Below, one piece after another: positions 27,765-40,777 of a DNA stretch of 64,000 nt; the first letter of the stretch is position 1, and each line of letters begins with the position of its first letter. Source of the stretch: Camelus dromedarius. Taxonomy: Eukaryota. The notes beneath the pieces were generated by a model that saw nothing but the letters and a program-made list of their open reading frames with translations, was not told the origin of the DNA and made no database searches. The DNA lies in NCBI RefSeq assembly GCF_036321535.1, contig NC_087437.1:77936001-78000000 (forward strand), written 5' to 3'. A program made the translations under genes and the position numbers.

Positions 27765-28341
27765 TGTAATGATTAATTTTTATGTGTCAACTTGGCTAGG
27801 CCAATCTACTCAGTTGTTTGGTCAAGCACTAGTCTAGATGTGGCTGGGAAGATATTTTGTAGACGTGGGTAACATCTATAATCAGTTGACTTTAAGAAAA
27901 GTAGATCACCCTTGATAATATGGGTGGGCCTCATCCAATCAGTTGAAAGCCTTAGAGCGAAAAACAAAATTTCCCAGAAAAGAAGGAATTCTGCCTTTTT
28001 TTTTTTTTTGACATTGAAAATAGAAAGGTCACTTGTATTGACAAGACAGGGCCACAATGGGCAGCTCCACAAAACACAAATAGGACAGTCCTGAGATAAG
28101 ACTGCAAAATAGAAATCCTGTCTGAGTTTCCAGCCTACTGGTCTGCCCTATATATTTCATACTAAAGACTATAACATTACTCTTGCCTGAGATTCTAGCC
28201 TGTTACAATAATCTACCAGTTTTGGACTTTCCACCCCCATAATCATGAGCCAATTTCTTAAAATCTATCTGTCTATCAGTCCATCTGTCGTCTATTTTAT
28301 ATCTTATTAGTTTTATTTTTCTAAAGAATACTGATTGATAA
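27765..28341 (+). mobile_element. MLT2 LTR (MLT2C/D-like), 3' LTR of the ERVL
   Basis: 'tgtaatgattaatttttatgtgtcaacttggctaggcca', 'gggtgggcctcatccaatcagttgaa', 'ataatcatgagccaatttcttaaaat'. Confidence 0.9.
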
Positions 28342-28405
28342 GGTGTTAAAAGTACTTCCTTTCTATAGGAGTTGTTCACATTAAATGAAATAACATGTAT
28401 AAGTG
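28342..28405 (+). mobile_element. MIR SINE, 3' part
   Basis: 'agtacttcctttctataggagttgtt..cattaaatgaaataacatgtataagtg' continues the MIR consensus broken at ~26812. Confidence 0.55.
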
Positions 28406-28409
28406 TGAT

Positions 28410-29480
28410 GTGATTTGGGTGCTTTAGTTGCATGAAACAAATAATTTAATTCAAATTGGCTTATACAATAAATGTATATTCATGGCTTGTGTGCTAGGTT
28501 ATTTTTCCCAAAGTTGGCACCACCAATACATACATAACACCAAGTGCTCTTTTTGACATGTCATACTGGCATACTTCCATAGCGAGGTGCAGGTTAATGT
28601 TCCCTTTCCCTGAAGGTGGGTACACATCTCTAAGAGACTCAACCGGAAGAATAAAGCAGAGGCAATCCTGCCTGACTTTTGAAGTTAAATCATGAAAGGC
28701 AACATAGCTTTTGTGTATGTGTGTGTCTGGGTCTGTCTGTCTGTCTTTCTTTTCTCAGTCTATGTGCTTTCCTTTCCTTTGTAACCTAGGTACCATGATG
28801 GGAGGAAATGCATCCCATGTGGGGAGGCCATATGTAGGTGTTTCAGCCCACGGCCCCAACCAGTTCTCCAGCTGACAGCCAGCATCCATTTCCAAATGTG
28901 TGGGTGAATGAGCTTCAAATGACTCCAGGCCACAGCCTTCAAGCCGTCAAGTATTTTACTTGAGGACCTCTAATTATGGAGCAGAGATAAGTCATCCCAC
29001 AATGCTGTCTGAATTCCAGAGCTATAGAAACATAGGAGGTAATAAATATGATTGTCATTTTAAGCCAATACATTTTAGGGTAATTTGTCATGTAGTAATA
29101 CATAATGAATATCACTTGCTTTATTGAAGAAAAATTTGAAGGTGGTATAAGTTTTAGGCATGATTAGATCGTGGATCAGCTAAGTTTCTCTATGACTTTT
29201 TTTCCCTCTAAGTTCTAATTTCCTTTGTGTGTTGGTTTTGCCTACTTATGGAAGAAAAAATAGCTATATTTGTTCCACTGCCTCACATCTGTACAATGTA
29301 TGGTCCAGAGCAAAGAGATGACTTTTGTTCTAGTATTCCCAGAAGGAATCCTGAAATTCAGTATGATTGAGCTATCCTGTCGCATGGCCACCTCTAAAAT
29401 AATCCAAGGTCTAGGCTTATGGAATTTAACCCTTGGCTTATCTTAGTATAATTTTCCCATCCTTAGAAACACAGAAATTC
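28410..29480 (-). mobile_element. Old MLT1 (J-O type) LTR remnant interrupted by the MLT1G-like LTR
   Basis: 'ctttagttgca..aaca..attcaaattggctta' on the left. 'ttaggcatgattagatc..gaatcctgaaattca.tatgattg..catggccacctct' on the right. Confidence 0.45.
28488..29111 (+). mobile_element. MaLR solo LTR (MLT1G-like)
   Basis: 'gaggccatatgtaggtg..cagctgacagccagcatc...tggagcagagataagtcatccc..ttttaagcca..ttttagggtaatttgtcatg.agtaata'. Confidence 0.85.
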
Positions 29481-29924
29481 TTAAACCTATGATTCAGAGT
29501 ACCTAGAATCTAAGCCAGGAGATAAAAAAGAAAAAAAACTAAAACAGGAAACTTACTACTTTTATTAGTTATTTTGGAAGTTTGACTTTTATGCTATCGT
29601 TTACTTTTCAGAGTTATCAGATACTTGCTTTATAAATTCCATCCTGAGATTTTAGTTGTCATCAGTATGAAGAACAAGATAGAATGGGTTTACTATTTAG
29701 CTGAAACTGGAAAGTGCCATCTTAAAATGGCATTAGCATGGCTTATTACATTCTTTCTTTTCCTTCACTACTTTGAGCCTTCAAACAACCAATTTCTTGT
29801 TTTGTAGCTCATTTTGATTAGTAATGAAGGATGCTTCATCATTTGATTCCCTATTACACATCACACTGTTATTTCCTGTTTTAATGGGAAACATCTCTAA
29901 AAAGTAAGTGGTCCACCTATGTCT

Positions 29925-30130
29925 TTCAAGCCTATTTGGAAAAAGCTGGGTGAGCAAAATTAAACAATCCCTTTAGTATAGAACTTTTTAGGTCCTTTAG
30001 TATGTGAATCTGCATTCTGAATTTCCAAAGGAGCAAGATAGTGCATTGTATTTTCCAAACATATTTAACTTCTGAGACCTTTTTTCCTCCCACAAAACTG
30101 ACATTCTTCAGAAAAGAATTTGGGAAATAG
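29925..30130. mobile_element. MER103-like hAT element
   Basis: 'tttggaaaaagctggg...cctttagtatg..tgcattctgaatttccaa..atagt..ttccaaacatatttaac..tttgggaaat'. Confidence 0.6.
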
Positions 30131-30764
30131 TATAACCACTAACATTAACTTTTTTAACACTAACTCTTTTAACACTAACTCTTTATAGCTTACATCATGT
30201 TATGCACTCCAGATTCGCTTCCTTCTATACTTATTAAGTGCTATTCTAGGACCTCTGTGGGGTGTACCTTTTGTAGATTTAAAGTGCTATTTCAGACTTC
30301 CGCTAAAATGACTCTGCTCTTAACAACATTAAACATATGCTGTCACCTAACATTGCCAAGTATCCTGGAGACAATTTCAGGAAAGAATGTATAGAACAGC
30401 TTAATTTTAAACATAGCCTGTGAATGCTGTAGCTAACTCATATAGAGATAGACACATTTAGTCAGCTTTATAGAAATAGTTAGCTTTGAAATTAAAGGGG
30501 AAAAGATTGGAGCATAATGGCATTGTTTCTATCTCCTTTAGTGAGACAATAGTGGAAAGACTGGGTGACTGATGAATACCAAGGTAATACATGAGAAAAT
30601 ATTTGACTTTAAGGATAAACTAAGTAATACTCATAATTGTCATGTGTAAGGAAGTCATATATCAAACATTATGCCACATTTTATAGTGGAAATCTGTGGT
30701 TGCTTCCACAGTATCTTTTCTTTTCCTGAGAAACCCTGATATAAGTTTAAGAGATAGACAATGT

Positions 30765-32180
30765 TTGTGGATTGAGAGACATTATTGTTCAGATACAATT
30801 TTTCCCAAATTGATCTGCAGGTTGAAAGCAGTCCTAACCAAAATGCCAGCAGGGTGTTCTGTAGATATTGAAAAGTGAATATAACATTTATTTTGACAGG
30901 CAAAGAAACTAGAAATGCCAAACAAATTTCTAAAAATAGCAAAGTTTGGGAATCCATATTAACTGATTTTAAGACTTACCTACCTTTATAGTACTCAGTG
31001 TGGTATTGCAAAAGCATAGTCGCATAGATCAGTGGAACAGAATAGAGTGCAAAATAGCCCCACGCAAATGAGGCTGACTGATTTTTGACAAAATGCAAAA
31101 ACAATTCAAAGAAGAAAGCATAGTGTTTTCAAAAAATGGTGCCAGTACATTTGAAAATCCTTATATGAAAATAGGAATCTAAATATATATCTTATGCCTT
31201 ATACAAAATGAACTTAAGGTGAATTATATGTCTAAATGTAAAATGTAAAGGTATAAAATACTTTGAAAAAAATTGGGGAAAATTTGGGGGACCTTGGGTT
31301 AGGCGAAGTGTCTTTAGAGATCCCAAAGACAAAATAAATATAAGAAAACAAAGATAAATCATCTTTATCTAAATCTAAAACTTTTACTTTGCAAAAGACA
31401 CTGTCAAGAGATTGAGAAGACTGAAGAACATATTTGCAAATTACATGTCTAATGAAGGACTTGATGTAGTCTATGAAGAACATTTAAATGCAAATTAAGA
31501 CCATGCTGAGATACCACTACACAGCTATCGTGATCGCTAAAATATGAAACCTGAGAATATGACTTGCTGAAAAGCAGGTGGAGAAACTCAGACTTTACTA
31601 CATTGCTGGTGTGAATGAAAAATTATGCATATACTCTGGAGAACAGTTTGGCAATTTCTGAAAAATTAAACATATGACCTAGCAATCTTACTAGTGGGTA
31701 TTTATCCAGAGAAATGAAGACATACATATAATAAAAACAGTACATGATCATTTATGGAAGCAATATCCATAATTTACAAAACCTGGGAAGAATTGAAATA
31801 GTCTTCAATGAGAGTGAATAAACAAACTATAGTACCTCCATGCAATGGAATACTATACATCAGTTAAAAAGGAACAAACTCTTGAATCTCAAATACATTA
31901 TGCTAAGGGAAATAAGACAGCCACCAAAGATTACATACTATATTATTGCATTTTTATGACATTCTGGAAAAGACCATATTATAGGAAAAGAGAACAGATC
32001 AGTTTTTACCAGGAATTAGGCATAGGAGAAAGGTTTGAGTATAAAGGGACAGTATGAAGACATTTTTAGGAGTGAGGAAACTGTTTTGTATCATGATTGT
32101 TGCTACAAAACTCTTTATATTTTTAAAAAGGCTCACAAAACTATATACCAAGGAAGTAAACTTTGTTTTATATAAATTAA
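30765..32180 (+). mobile_element. Old L1 (L1MC/MD/ME-type) ORF2 3' part and 3'UTR
   Basis: 'ttcccaaattgatct..aaaatgccagcagg', 'gatcagtggaacagaatagag', 'ctgatttttgacaaa', 'caatggaatactat', 'atgacattctggaaaag'. Confidence 0.85.
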
Positions 32181-33855
32181 GGGAAAATTTAAACAAAACC
32201 AAAAATAGTTTTAAAAGAGCCTTAACTATGATTAAGTTATAAACAAAGTTAGACATGTAAGAGTTTGTAAGAAAAAAAAGTAACAATAATTTGATTTTGG
32301 GGGGACAAAACCGCTTTTGAGAGTATCTTGAAAACTGTGGAATCTTTTCTTAACTATATCCTGTTAGACATTTTAATACATTTATTATGTGCATACAAAC
32401 ACACTGAAAGTTCTAAGTTCAGGAGGTTCCCTGATGTCCTTAGATTTATTTTTGTAAAAGCTGGTGGTCCAGGGACCACAGATTAGACCTCTTGCCCATG
32501 TAATACATTAATCAGGCTTCTATTCATGCTCAGGAATTTTAAAATTTTGACTTAATTTTATTTTCTTATTTTTATTAACCTATAATTGACATATAACTTA
32601 CTAGTTTCAGGTATACAGTATAAGGAATTGTACAATGCATTCATTGTACAATGAATATTGATCTTAGAGTGTTTCAGAGTTCTCTTGTTCCCCAACATAT
32701 TTTCTTACTAGCTTATCTTTTAAAAATTGAAAACAGTTTTTTTTTAATTCACAGGTTATTAAAGATATCCAGGATCTAATAGTAGCCAAAGGTAATTGGT
32801 TGCTGAATCTTCCATTTCTTCAATAAAGGTAAGGGGGTAAAAAGACAAGGCACATGGAGCTTTATCTTGTAAAAGAATTTTCACACTTGGGACAGATTTC
32901 GAAGCAAATAAGACAAACTTTAAAAATTTCATTAATTTGATTTGGGTGAGCCCTGTTGACATTTCTCTGGACTAGGATAGTAAAAGCTTTGAACACACAC
33001 ACACATAATGTATCTTCAAACAAATTCAAATAGAAGGACGTGTACTTTTATGTGTTATGTGAAGGGTTTGTTTGCTTTTTAATATAGCTGGCATAATTTT
33101 CATACAAAAGAAATGTACTCCAGGGGGTTTGCATGTAAGTTATCATAGGAGATAATTTCACAATAGCAGAGAACATAGTAAGATTTAAAGTTTTATTTTT
33201 GGAATTTAAATCTTACCTTGTTCTCCCTAGTTATATTTGCAGGACTTCCTTGAAAAGAGAAATGTAGAGTTTACAAATGACGAAAGTAAATAATCCCACA
33301 AATCTATCATCTAATTGCATCTAGAATTCCATGTATTTTATTTCATCACTAAGAACCACTATTCTAGTTTATATAATTCTTTCAATTGCTCCTCAAAGTT
33401 CTAAAACTAAAATGATATGTATTGCATATTGTATGGTCTGTCTATATTATGTAGAGTTATAGGCACATACGTGCATTTCTGTATGGAGATTTAGTGACTA
33501 TAAGACGCTTGTGAGCCTGGCATTGATTTGCAGCTGCATATATTGTGTGATCTTTTTAACATTTTCAAATGGCTGCAGTCCTGAGGGAGTGAACATGTTT
33601 CATAATGTTGGGCAGTTTCTGTACATTCAGTTGACAGAAAAGATAAAAAATTATCCCAAGTTTCCAGAGGAAAGGTAAGATGGATGGAGGTAGCTGATCA
33701 GGGCATATTTTGGTGACTTGCAATGTACAAGACAATATAAACTATGAGATCATATTTGGTGACTGAAAAAGTGAAATACCTTGTCATCCATCTAAGACAG
33801 AGAGGAAAAAAAAAGTACCAAGGCAATACTGTAGCTTAAAGATGAAATTTCCTGC

Positions 33856-33883
33856 TGGTCATGGTCATGGTCATGGTCATGGT
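33856..33883. repeat. (TGGTCA)n hexanucleotide repeat
   Basis: tggtcatggtcatggtcatggtcatggt. Confidence 0.9.
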
Positions 33884-36800
33884 TCTTCTTAACATCATTT
33901 TCTCTTTTAATATATTACATAAAAATTGTATGTAAATTAGTATATACATGTATATACATAGTATATTTTTCAAGTGGGAAAATTTTTGCATATTTTAATT
34001 TCCATATATATGTTTCTCTAATTTAGATTCTATTTGGTGATTTTCCTTTGAAAGGTTTAGTTGCTTTATTTCCTAACTTTCACAAATATTTATTAAATGA
34101 CTACCATGTGCAAATGAACTATTGTTGCTCTGTCCAGAATTTCATAATTTAAAAGGGGAAATATTTGTTTTCATTTAAAACACATTTTTCCCTCAACATT
34201 ATGTTCTGAAGTTAGCCTAGTTTCTTTATGGAGAGATAATTGTTTTCTCAAGCATTTGGGACAAAAGTTTCAATGCTTTTCCTATGTTAATTGTGAAGTA
34301 GAGATTACACCCATGGTATTATCATTTCAAGAGTATAATAACAACAGCAGATATTGGAGGGTCGTCATCAAGGTGAGTAGAAGAACTGCATAAAGATGCT
34401 ACTGCCTTACTCTGTTACATGATGCTGCACAATTGTGGGCTACTAGGGAGCAACTGGGTCCAACCTGAATAGAATTGTGTGAAGTGACTCATCTATAGGA
34501 ACAAAGGAGCTAGAGAAAGAATGAACGGTTCTAGTAAAGATGCAATATTGCTCTATTATTATCGATTTATTCATCTGTTCATTCACTCAGTAAAACTCTT
34601 GAGTACCCATTTAACATGACTCTATTTTATAAAGTTTTCCAATATGCAGATGAGGTTGAGAGCAACTGGCTTAGTTTTGTGATACCCAAGATAAGACTTT
34701 TTGAATATTTTAATAATGGAAAATACTGCTTCATTTATATATCTTTATTTAAATTCTTGCTTTTTGGGATAACACTTCTTAAAGCAAATAGTAAGGTGAA
34801 ACTGCCTCTGTGTGCACACTGAATTCTGAGCAGGGACTGTTGTTACTTTTACATAATTAGTTTTTGTTTAAAAGAGTTAAGACAAAGAGTACTACTAAAG
34901 ACGTGTCCATTTGGGTAAAATGTTGTTGGTACTTACATTGAAGCTTCCTCACAAGCATATTAGACTGAATGAGATTATAAACATTAGGCTTACTAAGCTT
35001 GCTGAAGGTTGTGTATTGTTGCACATTCAAAAGCTTTTCTGGTTTTGATAATATTACCATTATTAACTTTGTCAATTTACTCTCTTGTTTGGTTAAAATG
35101 TTTCAAAAATGGAAACCATGTGTTTTCTCTTTTTAATTTTAAAATGTCTACTACGTGTTTGAAAACACCACTGGGTCATAGAGGATTTTATGATCAAAAA
35201 GAATTTCTTAATCAGATTGACTTATGCTCCCTGATTTCTGAAACATCAATTCTAAGAATGTGGCAGCTCTCCATAATATCTTCCTGAGGAAGCTCATCTA
35301 TTCAGTTTGCCTGAGTGGGCAACATTTTTCTACCCCTTCCAAAATGAAAATGAAAAGATGCTTTTGAATCTATCAATAAAGAAAGGGCTGAATTTTGATT
35401 AGAAATCCAAGTCAAGCATAACTCATGTTATTAATTACCTGAAATTTGAAAAATTCCTTTTGTTTTGTCATTCTTAACTGTATATGTTCATAAATTTTAC
35501 TCATATTAATTTGTTGAACTCAGAGCATATATTTTGTTCATTACTATTGTAAATGTTGTTAGTCATAATTATTCTATTTACATATTTAGCCTAGTATGAT
35601 TTTGATTTTGTAGAGCTTTGTTATTATTTTAAAATAAAACAAAACAGGTGATCAGCTTTATAGATTTATAAAAAACACCTTAGTGTTTTCAGTAAAGTGT
35701 CTATGATAATTCAGCTTCTCGGTTTGAAATGCTCATGTCTTGGCCATCTGTCACAAGTCGTGGATGTTGCATTATACACATGCAGGTAAGGATTTTATAT
35801 TCTTCTTGTTTCATGGTTGTGGCTCAGGGTGGTGACTCTCCTGATATAAAACAAAAATTCTATATAACAAACTGTTCTCATCTCCATCTTCTTGCAAATA
35901 TGCACCAACTCTTTGAAAAGAAAATGGACTACACTAGAGTTTATATATAATTAAAAACAATCTCTTCACTTCTCTTCAGTTCCATATCCAACATTCAAAG
36001 AAGTATTAATTTTATGTAAAGGGAAGATTTTACTGAAGTATTAACCAAGGTGCTGGGTTGTGAGCATTGGAAACTCAACTCAAAGTAGCTTAAGTAAAAG
36101 AGCAACTCTCTTATAGCTCTGGTCAAAAAATCCTAAGGAGACCCTGATTGAGAACATATATGAAACCCTGAACTAATTTATCGAGGAAGATGAAATATTC
36201 TTATTCACAAATATGCTCATAAGTCTACCATGTTTTAGGTATAGATAGGTAGATGAAGATCAGCTTTCTTTTCAAAGTGTATTAAATGGGTTTTCCTAAG
36301 ATAAGATCTGATAGCCATCCTGTACCTTAGCTAGTAGGAAGTGATGTGGGACAGGAAGGAAACAACCAGTCTCCACCACAATAGAATTGTACAAAAATAA
36401 AAAAAACAGAAAGAAAAAAAGAAATGATGACACAATGATCCTTCTAGTACTAACATAATAACTTTAATTAAATTTACCATTTAATTTTTTATCCTAAGAC
36501 CTACTATGAATTGTTAGAAATCACTAGAATCTTACTCTACTTATAGAAGAAATTATAGAAAGAATTCAACAATTCTAAAGAATCTATGTGTAGACATGAT
36601 GTTTCACATGGACCAAATCCAAATCATGATGCTAATTTTATAAAAACTCATGAGCAGAGAACAAAGGATTAGAGTAGCTGATAAAATGTCAAGTACAAGC
36701 ATTACAGATAATGGTGTTTTATGCTCTTCCACTTTCCTATAGAACTCTCAGTTTATCTCCTATTTCTATTATTTGTCACTCCTTTTTTTTTGTTTTTCCT

Positions 36801-38609
36801 GGCTCTAACAGCATTCTTTGTGCTATTATGTTTGGAAAGAATCATTTGGTAGGGAATGTAAACTAGGCTTTTAAAAGTAGAGGTCAGTAATATGTAGGTT
36901 GCAAATGATCCTTTTAGATTGCCTCTGATTTTTCTAGCTAATTATTGTAAGCTTTTCCATGTTGGTGCTATGAACTTTTGCCACAATGGCTCATGTTTTA
37001 AAAGATTTGAAAGTAGAGACTTGCATGTAAACTATGATCTAAACAAATTCACTTTAATGAAGAAATAACTTTAGGAAAATGCAGGAAATAGAGGCTGACT
37101 AGACCATGGAATGTGTATGACTATAACAATACTCTGAAGGACTCTTTAAATATGGACTTAAATGATGATGACAGAACAATTTTCAAAAAATTACTGAACC
37201 TACTCTTTGTTGAAAACTGTAGAAAATGCACTATGCCTGTATAATGAATGACATAAAATGTATTACTCAATGTATTCTGAATGTTGTGTGGAGGAGCCCG
37301 GTATCAGTCTCTAATTCTTTCCTTCAAAGGAAGTGGTATCACTCTTTCTTTGCTAGTGTAGTTAGTACCACAGTTAACCATGTTGATCTTGTCTGGATTC
37401 TCTTCTGCCTTATTCTTTTCTCATGGCATCTTATCTATGGTGACACATCTTCTTCTAGCTTTAAGATCCGATTATTGAAACCAATGTTTTTAGTCTTTAA
37501 TTGTTAACTTCAGCAATAGCTGCGTAACATTATAGCTCTATCACTAAAAGCTGAGTGGTCTGTATCTTAGTATTTTGGGATGGTTTCTTTCATGTTCTAG
37601 AATCAAAAAGTTTCTGCCAGCAACTGGTTTGTTGGTATGTATATGTGCTATGAAGAGAGATGATTAAACGTCTCTTTGGTAGCCGTGAGTCTGAGATGGA
37701 AGCAGTTTCTCCATTTGCACAGCACCTTGATACTTGTGAAACACCATTAAGCATCCCCCAGGCAACAGTGACTTGGAATTCTACTATTTAATTAGTTAAT
37801 ATTCCAAATCCACACGTGCTGGTAACATTTTATGCCTTATTAATCTTCCTGCCCTGACATTGCCCCTCTCCCCTAGGCCCAAATCAGTAATTATTTGGAG
37901 GTTGAACACAAGCATTAGGATGAAGATCTGAATGTCTAGTGGTTCCTCCAATAAACTTCACCAGTCTTCATGAATCCCTTGAAATGATATACACAAGTTA
38001 CTAATTATATACATTAAGAATCAATCCAGGGACTCTTAAGTGGGCCATTGACCCATAAAATATTAGATGCTCTTTAAAAATAAGTCTTTATTCCTAAAGT
38101 TTAAAGTTTTGAATTAGTCATATATTGGTTAACTAGAAAGTGCCTTGAACTAAGCACACTAAGAAATCAATTTCCTGAACTCATTCTTTAGTTTAATGCT
38201 TTATGTATTAATAATAATTATGAATTTCCTCCTTTCTAGTCAAGAATTTCTCAGTACATATTTTATGGGTGACAGTTTTTCTCTTGTGTCTTAAAAAAAG
38301 AATTTTATTACATTGGAGATATATCTTGGCACATTTCTATCTTAATATTGTTAATGTTCTTATTTTTGACCTCATAGATTTGGATGTAGGTGATTTTGTG
38401 ACTTTTAGTTGTTTTAAACTATGTTTGTGATATTCTAGAGGATTCCCTAGAGTGTGAAGCTGTCTTGATCTAAAAAAAAGTCTTATCATCTCATTTAAAA
38501 AAATAATTAGGTTATTCTTTTCACTGACATGGGAATCACCACATGGTGCTAGAAAGAAGTCATATTCAATTCCCATATGGACATTTTCTTCTCTTAAAAA
38601 AACATTACT

Positions 38610-38830
38610 TACGTAGCACTCAGTTAAGTGCTTCGCTATCTCATTCATTATTCATAACGTTCCCAGTTGTTAAGGGGTATGATATGCTTGGGCTTCACCT
38701 TAGGGAAATGGTCTCATAGAGAAGTGAAACCAAGGGTCCAGAGTAAATGAACTCAGTAGCCAAAGTGGAATTACAGTGTAGACTTTCCCTTAGATCTTAG
38801 GTGACTCCAAATTCTCTACCTTCTCTATTC
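38610..38830 (-). mobile_element. MIR SINE, degenerate
   Basis: 'aagtgctt..tatctcattcattattcataac...gggaaa..agagaagtgaa..ccaagggtc'. Confidence 0.5.
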
Positions 38831-39199
38831 TTGCAGCTATTATCCTCTTATTTTAAAGATTATCTGAAATTTGACTTTATTAAGAAAGCAACAGATAACT
38901 ACTCCTTACCCAACAGAAAAGAAAACCAACGTCTTTAGCCTAAGTTTGTGAGGTGATGATTGTATTACATTTACAGGGAGTTCAGGGATGGTAATTCAGG
39001 CTATATCCACAGACATAAGGGAATTTTCAGTTTTGGGCTGACTTTAAAAGTCAGTTTAAATAATTGCTTAGTAACTTTAACTAACCAATCAGTGGTGTCT
39101 TTTGTATAAGATGATCAGTGTGGTGCTTTGTGTAATATTAAATAAGATAAAAACTAAAATTTTACACACAGTGTAATTTTTCCCTATGCTCTTAGCAAC

Positions 39200-39395
39200 A
39201 GCCGTTTGGAGTGAAAAGTCCTGGGTTGAGATCATGAATAGAACCATCATTATAGTTGTGTGATCTCAAGTAAATCACACTGCCTTACCATTTCTTTAAT
39301 TACAATTATGAATAATAACCTGCTCTGTATGATAATCAGAAGAAAGAACACATGGTGGAATTACTTGGCAAAATAAAGTACTTTACAAATTTTAT
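39200..39395 (+). mobile_element. MIR SINE, degenerate
   Basis: 'tttggagtgaaaagtcctgggttgagatc...tagttgtgtgatctcaagtaaatcac'. Confidence 0.5.
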
Positions 39396-40697
39396 TAGTC
39401 ATTATTGCTTTTCTCTCTGGATATAGATTTTTTATGGGTATTGATAGACCTTAACTGATTGTTCTCAGCAGATATTTCCCAGACTGTCCAGAGTCTTTGC
39501 AATGATGAAATTAGTAACAGTAAAGAAGCTGAATAGGACATAGTGTTTATGCATTTTCCAATTCATGGAAATTCTCTTGTCACTTGTTTTCTAGTGTTGC
39601 TGTCCTTACAACAATAGGCTTATACTAACTTTCAAAGCTATGTTAATTTGTCTTTATATGTCAGCATCAGTATTGCTTTCTTCTGAGTGTGAGCTCATGT
39701 AAACACAATAATTTAGCACCAAAATTTTATCCTGGTAATAATAATAACAAATAGAAAGATGCCTTCTGATTTCCCAGGCATGTGTTTGTTCAGTCTAATC
39801 GCTTTGGCTTTACTTATTTTATACACACGTACACACATAGGTGTGTGTGTATAAATAAGAGACTAGTGCAAATGGGATAAAATTTTTTTCTTACCGATAG
39901 TTGGAAAGTGGCTATCATTCAGCCAGATTGGAAATCCTGCTTCAACTGTGAAACAGATTGCGGGATGAAACTGTTGACTTTTCTTAGAAAAGAAAGTCCA
40001 TCTCACAGTCAAGGTGGCTGGAAAATAGAGCCCATAGAATTCACTTCTCTTTCCTTCTTTCTCGGATCTGGCTCCATGGCCAGGATTATTTTAGGGAAAT
40101 ATTTCATCCTTACATATGTACAGGGTCCAGGATTAGAGAAACTATTCTTTTCTCTCACTTAATATGAGAAAAAGCTTCACAAGTCTCATACTGTTTTTTC
40201 ATGATTTACTCTTTCTATTCTTTTTAATTACTTCCTTGTGACTGGGAAAAGCAAGCTGTCATATGCAGTCTGATTTCCTTAATTATAAGTAGTGAAGTTT
40301 TCTATGAGCAGATTAAGTGACTTAAATGAATGTCGCTCTCCTGGCTTTCTTAGGGACTCCATGTTCCCGCTTCACATTTCAAACATTACACCTTTGATAG
40401 GCGTTAAAACTCAAAAGGTGATAGTGGATTTTTGAATTCAGCAAACTCCATGTAAGTACAGTTTCTCACTTTCTAAAATGTAAAGAGTAGGTTATTGACT
40501 CAACCCATTGAAATGTAGATGAAAGGTGTAATTTTAATTTTCATGCAAATTATAGGGCATGATATGTAATACTGGTTTACAGGTAGTGAGATAACCTTTT
40601 TATAACATAACCTGGAATATTGGGTATGCTCTGCGTTTTATTCCCCCTGGTGAATAAACTCACAGCTATATATGTCAACTCACAGTTATATATGTAT

Positions 40698-40731
40698 TAT
40701 ATGTGTGTGTGTGTGTGTGTGTGTATGTACG

Positions 40732-40774
<43 letters not shown>

Positions 40775-40777
40775 GTA
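40698..40777. repeat. Compound (TG)11...(CA)14 microsatellite
   Basis: (TG)11 at 40702-40723 and (CA)14 at 40740-40767, joined by tatgtacgtatatata. Confidence 0.95.

Noticed and set aside
30156..30185. 15-bp tandem duplication (a similar 14-bp one lies at 43134-43161)
   Set aside because: Ordinary slippage duplications with no sign of function.
35710..35791. Strong donor CAG|gtaagg (similar isolated donors at ~33675 and ~34373)
   Set aside because: No convincing acceptor or coding frame upstream.
39813..39858. Imperfect hairpin cttatttttatacacac...gtgtgtataaataag, considered as a miRNA precursor
   Set aside because: Short and built from CA/TG low-complexity sequence, with no known mature miRNA recognised.
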